From assembly GCA_021777495.1 (NCBI GenBank), contig JAJYDL010000001.1, positions 1 to 55,970 of the forward strand: DNA of 55,970 bases, read 5' to 3'. Positions within the stretch are counted from its first letter, which is position 1, and every line of letters starts with the position of its first letter. The DNA comes from a bacterium. Lineage in GTDB: Bacteria; Patescibacteriota; Minisyncoccia; UBA6257; 2-01-FULL-56-20. This document shows, piece after piece, positions 53,601 through 55,970 of the stretch. The position numbers and the translations under genes were made by a program. Under the pieces are notes generated by a model. It was not told the origin of the DNA. It was given only the letters and a program-made list of their open reading frames with translations, and made no database searches.

Positions 53601-54749
53601 GGTCACCATGATGCTCGTGATATTCGTCGTGCCGGAATCCCTCGCCATCGTGAATGCGCCGCCGGTATAGAAGGCGGTCGCGGGGACGGTCGTCGTCGCG
53701 AACTGGGATCCCGTCGCTCCCACGGTGACCGATGCGGGGGTATACGTGATGACGATGATGCCCTGGGTGCCGGCGGCGCCGGCGCCGCCGCTCGTACCGT
53801 TTTTACCTTCCCCTCCTCCGCCGCCTCCGCCGGATCCGTACGTGCCTCCCGTCTGTCCCGGATTTCCGTTCGCATGTAATGCGCCGCCGGTGCCGCCTCC
53901 GCCGCCTCCGCCGGATCCGTACGTGCCCCATTCCGTACCGGCGCTTCCCGCGGTATCCGCCGCGCCGCCCGCGCCGCCGAACGTGGCATCGCCCTGTCCG
54001 CCGACCTGGCCCGACGCGGTGCCGCCGGCAGCACCGGGACTTCCCGCCGCACACGTCGCGGCGCCGCATCCCGCCGCGCCGCCCGCGCCGCCTCCATTGC
54101 CTCCGTTATTTCCCCCTCCCGCGGTTCCCGCGGCGCCGGCTCCTCCGCTCATGGTCACGGTTCCTTTTCCGCTTGCCGCCGCACCGCCCGTACCGTTCGT
54201 GGAACCGGATCCTCCGGTACCTCCTTTTGCGCCCACGATCACGGCGGTGCCGGTGATGGATGCGCAGTTCGAGGTGCTGTTGCAGAGGTAGGTGTCGCCT
54301 CCCGTCGTGCCTGCGGCTCCTCCCGTGCCAAGGGTAAGCGATACCACCGTGCCGGGGGTGAGGGATGCGTTCAGGATCTTGGCGTATGCGCCGCCTCCGC
54401 CTCCGCCTCCGCCGGCACCCGCGCTTGCGGTAGTGCCCGCCGCGCCGCCGCCGCCTCCGCCAATCACCTCGATCGTGTTCGACGCGCTATTCCAGTCCGC
54501 GGGCACGGTCCATGTGGTGGAGGCGGTGCTCGTGATGAAGATCGTGCTCTGCGCCGCAAGGATCCTTTTCGGCGGCTGTCCGAAGAACGCGGCGGACCAC
54601 ACGAGCGCGAACACGAGCGCCCCGAGCGCCGAAGGGATGGCCGCTTTTCTCGCCGCACGCTTCATAACGGGAACAAGGTCCCTTATGGTGCGCCTTTTCG
54701 GCGGGATGCGCTTCTCGTTGTGTCGCCTCGGAAATTTCATAATCGTCAT
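50604..54749 (-). CDS. giant (1381 aa) modular surface adhesin: glycine-rich N-domain, four repeat modules, C-terminal tail type I (..NYNDNVIYIATPVF)
   Basis: N-terminal signal anchor. Gly-rich region of about 250 aa. Module motifs are Y/F-R-W/I-Y, RLRM, FKLQY and YCFRM. The C-terminal domain is homologous to that of 47226-48359. Confidence 0.88.
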   Translation of the reverse strand: MTIMKFPRRHNEKRIPPKRRTIRDLVPVMKRAARKAAIPSALGALVFALVWSAAFFGQPPKRILAAQSTIFITSTASTTWTVPADWNSASNTIEVIGGGGGGAAGTTASAGAGGGGGGGGAYAKILNASLTPGTVVSLTLGTGGAAGTTGGDTYLCNSTSNCASITGTAVIVGAKGGTGGSGSTNGTGGAAASGKGTVTMSGGAGAAGTAGGGNNGGNGGGAGGAAGCGAATCAAGSPGAAGGTASGQVGGQGDATFGGAGGAADTAGSAGTEWGTYGSGGGGGGGTGGALHANGNPGQTGGTYGSGGGGGGGEGKNGTSGGAGAAGTQGIIVITYTPASVTVGATGSQFATTTVPATAFYTGGAFTMARDSGTTNITSIMVTASGTLNANAYLGNLSLYYQAATTCATSSIPAGATLFNATGGSFNASEQATVTGTMPVGTANVCIYAQVNIASSSPAGQTFELTIANPSTDVTVGAGTVSPAAGVGLGGFTTMPSATLTQQDFQIYKNINAVQPTSSLAAQDAAATGTVSGEVVRVVMNIEVGGAALPSSTQSFKLQYAPKGTAASCSAVPSANFADVGAFGSSAPWRGYSNASTTDGTTLTATLLSSSTVPESYIEQNPSPANPNPIPANGTGEWDFVVQDNDAPSGAAYCFRMMTGAGASLDGYVNYPEVDTVPSATWRAAETTPTSTTEDTSVRLRMEFSNNGNTAASAAFRLEYATSTAGPWTPVPVDPTCSTIAAAFRECPSGYFADLDPTHSLLTPAAATFVSGFMLESTTPSPVIAINTNQFTELEWNIQATEGATFGQTYYFRATNNGASIGTYSVYPQINVVAASSTFAENYYRWYVNTNALTPTAAWPAGTSTLGENMAITAADSPPTSGSVLRLRMAVTLGGAVLPTSTQAFKLQYGVMTTSCSAISSWSDVGAIGGAGPWNGYANAGVTNGTPLTTLLLSVSNRDGVYADANPSAANPYRSLIGDNIEYDWVLQYNSTSSSASYCFRMAKSDGTPLDSYVYYPAVTTAPFNPESANWRFYSDANDETPVIPLAGENVAPSTVENGSTIKLRVAVAETNNVSGSNVKFALQYSTYSNFSSGVGSVAEVGSCTSSSQWCYATSTGGTDNAVISTAVLSDSSACTSGVGPGCGTHNTSGISSSTFTQQAGAVTEYEFTIVGNGATTNATYFFRLVNNGTGSPVALYGTSSYPSLAVEGALLTFTVSGMPQGTSTDGIVTTASSTPAGISFGTLTIATSSMAAQQLLISTDAPNGFELYALQDAPLMNGRGYVLPGVDATNGSPLPWSSACTATSTACYGYHPGSPVLSGGSTRFAADDSYAALTSTPAEIGYSGGPATSTINVVYRVQAGPTQVNGNYNDNVIYIATPVF
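52827..52979 (-). repeat. 153-nt near-identical block shared by the tandem adhesin genes (partner 54908-55060)
   Basis: 151/153 nt identical, with two T/C differences, embedded in otherwise diverged sequence. Confidence 0.9.
53288..53406 (-). repeat. 119-nt identical block (partner 55852-55970, limited by window edge)
   Basis: Exact identity by direct comparison of the printed sequence. Confidence 0.9.
53425..53536 (-). repeat. 112-nt identical block (partner 55512-55623)
   Basis: Exact identity. It encodes ATLFNATGGSFNASEQATVTGTMPVGT in both genes. Confidence 0.9.
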
Positions 54750-55970
54750 TCGCCGCCGTCATTGTTCCTCCATCGATAATCGACCTGGAAAAGAGGCGGC
54801 ACCACCCAAATCTCGGGGAAATTGTTGTATTGATCGAGTGCCGTTCCGCCGCTCTTCACCGCACGGAAACAATATCCCGCACCGGATGCCGCACCGTTGT
54901 TATAAATCACGAAATCCCATTCTCCCGCGCCGTTCGCGGGAATGGGGTTCGGGTTCGCCGGCGAGGGATTCTGCTCTACGTACGATTCGGGGACGGTGGA
55001 ACTCGAGAGGAGCGTCGCGGTGAGCGTCGTGCCGTCGGTCGTGCTTGCGTTGCTGTAGCCCGTCCAAATCGTCGATGATCCGATGGGCCCCACGTCCGCG
55101 AAGTTTCCCGAGGGAACGCTCGCGCACGACGCGTACCCCCCCTCCGCCGCATACTGCAGTTTGAATGCCTGCGACGATGTCGCAAGAGATCCTCCGGAGG
55201 AAATGATATTGAGCACTACCCGGATGGGCGTGCTCTGCGCGATCGCGGTGGCGGATGCGTCCTCCGGAGCGAGCGGCGCCACCGGCTGCACCGCATTCAC
55301 ATTGGCATAGATGCGGTAGTCCTTCTCTATGAAAAAGGACGAGGGAGCCTGGAGCGTCGTCGATCCCGAGAGCGTCACGGCGGTCGAAGGAGCCACCGTC
55401 CCCGCGCTTGCGATCACCTCGGTCGATGGGTTCGCGATCCCCATGTTGATGGTCTGGTTCGCGGTAGCGCCCGACCCTACGCTCACCTGCACATAAAGAC
55501 ATACCGTGGAAGTGCCCACGGGCATCGTGCCCGTCACGGTCGCCTGTTCCGATGCGTTGAAGGATCCCCCCGTCGCGTTGAAGAGGGTCGCTCCTGCGGG
55601 GATGCTCGAGGTGGCGCAGGTGGATTGCTGGTCATAGAACAGTTCGAGGTTGCTCAGGTTGGCATTCGCATTCACCGTCCCGTTCTGGGTGATCATGATC
55701 TGGGTCACCGTCGTGGATCCGTTGTTCCGCGCAAGCGCGAATGCTCCTCCCGTATAAAATGTGGTGTTCGGTATGCTTGTCGTCGCGAACTGCGATCCGG
55801 TGGCGCTCACGGTGATGACCGGCTGCTGCACCGCGGTGGCGCCCGGTATCGCCACCCCCGCCGCGGGGCTCACGGTCCCCGCGCCCACCGTGACGTCGGT
55901 CGAGGGGTTCGCGATCGTAAGCTCGAAGGTCTGGCCTGCGGGAGAGGACGAGGCGATGTTCACCTGGGCG
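54746..55970 (-). CDS. paralogous modular surface adhesin, 3' part (5' end outside window)
   Basis: The reading frame is open to the window edge. It contains the same ATGSQF... and FKLQY/YCFRAV modules. ATGA overlap with the downstream giant gene. Confidence 0.85.
   Translation of the reverse strand, partial: AQVNIASSSPAGQTFELTIANPSTDVTVGAGTVSPAAGVAIPGATAVQQPVITVSATGSQFATTSIPNTTFYTGGAFALARNNGSTTVTQIMITQNGTVNANANLSNLELFYDQQSTCATSSIPAGATLFNATGGSFNASEQATVTGTMPVGTSTVCLYVQVSVGSGATANQTINMGIANPSTEVIASAGTVAPSTAVTLSGSTTLQAPSSFFIEKDYRIYANVNAVQPVAPLAPEDASATAIAQSTPIRVVLNIISSGGSLATSSQAFKLQYAAEGGYASCASVPSGNFADVGPIGSSTIWTGYSNASTTDGTTLTATLLSSSTVPESYVEQNPSPANPNPIPANGAGEWDFVIYNNGAASGAGYCFRAVKSGGTALDQYNNFPEIWVVPPLFQVDYRWRNNDGGE

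Noticed and set aside
52827-55060. Possible DGR template/variable repeat pair. Both mismatches between the 153-nt blocks are A (52827 copy) versus G (54908 copy) on the coding strand.
   Set aside because: There are only 2 differences, most adenines are unchanged, both copies lie in coding modules of paralogous genes, and no reverse transcriptase or accessory gene is in the window. Gene conversion is the simpler explanation. A reverse transcriptase elsewhere in the genome would reopen the question.
1-55970. Search for CRISPR arrays, cas genes, rRNA, restriction-modification, toxin-antitoxin pairs and prophage genes.
   Set aside because: No regularly spaced direct repeats and no recognisable cas, RM, TA or phage structural genes were found by eye. 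The only mobile elements are the IS30 copies and the tRNA-associated scar.

Overview
High-GC (about 60%) bacterial chromosomal segment. The gene content and style suggest a Patescibacteria/CPR-like organism, which is an inference only. The window has three parts. (1) 1-11.3 kb is a housekeeping block: infC-rpmI-rplT, a NUDIX hydrolase, PolX, a membrane-anchored Clp-type AAA+ ATPase, family-4 UDG and LexA. It is bracketed by two inverted copies of one IS30-family element, and copy 1 is cut by the window edge. (2) 11.3-27.5 kb holds two orphan ORFs and then truD, a SAM methyltransferase, tRNA-Arg(CCG) with a duplicated 3' end, a transporter, a LOG/TIGR00725-like protein, a beta-CASP RNase, def, a MurE-like ligase, ruvA, rpsT, holA, pyrG, an orphan histidine kinase, a 5'-3' exonuclease and tsaE. 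(3) 27.5-56 kb is an uninterrupted array of 20 minus-strand genes, almost all for secreted or membrane-anchored proteins. These include an LTD protein, 2 cohesin-like proteins, 2 dockerin proteins and 4 paralogous CscA/DUF916-like C-terminally anchored proteins. There are also 4 large secreted proteins with conserved C-terminal tails, an FN3-repeat protein, a mucin-like protein and giant modular glycine-rich adhesins. An embedded MacB/FtsX-type ABC transporter and an Hsp20 complete the array. I consider this locus the best candidate for an undescribed cell-surface system. Other recurrent signals are a TAnnAT-N6/7-ATG (leaderless-type) promoter architecture at 12 or more genes, a paired perfect DnaA-box-like motif with identical 22-bp spacing upstream of two surface genes, and mosaic 100%-identity blocks between the tandem giant adhesin genes. 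No rRNA, CRISPR array or cas genes were seen. Many long ORFs in the track are antisense artefacts of the high GC content and are not reported as genes.
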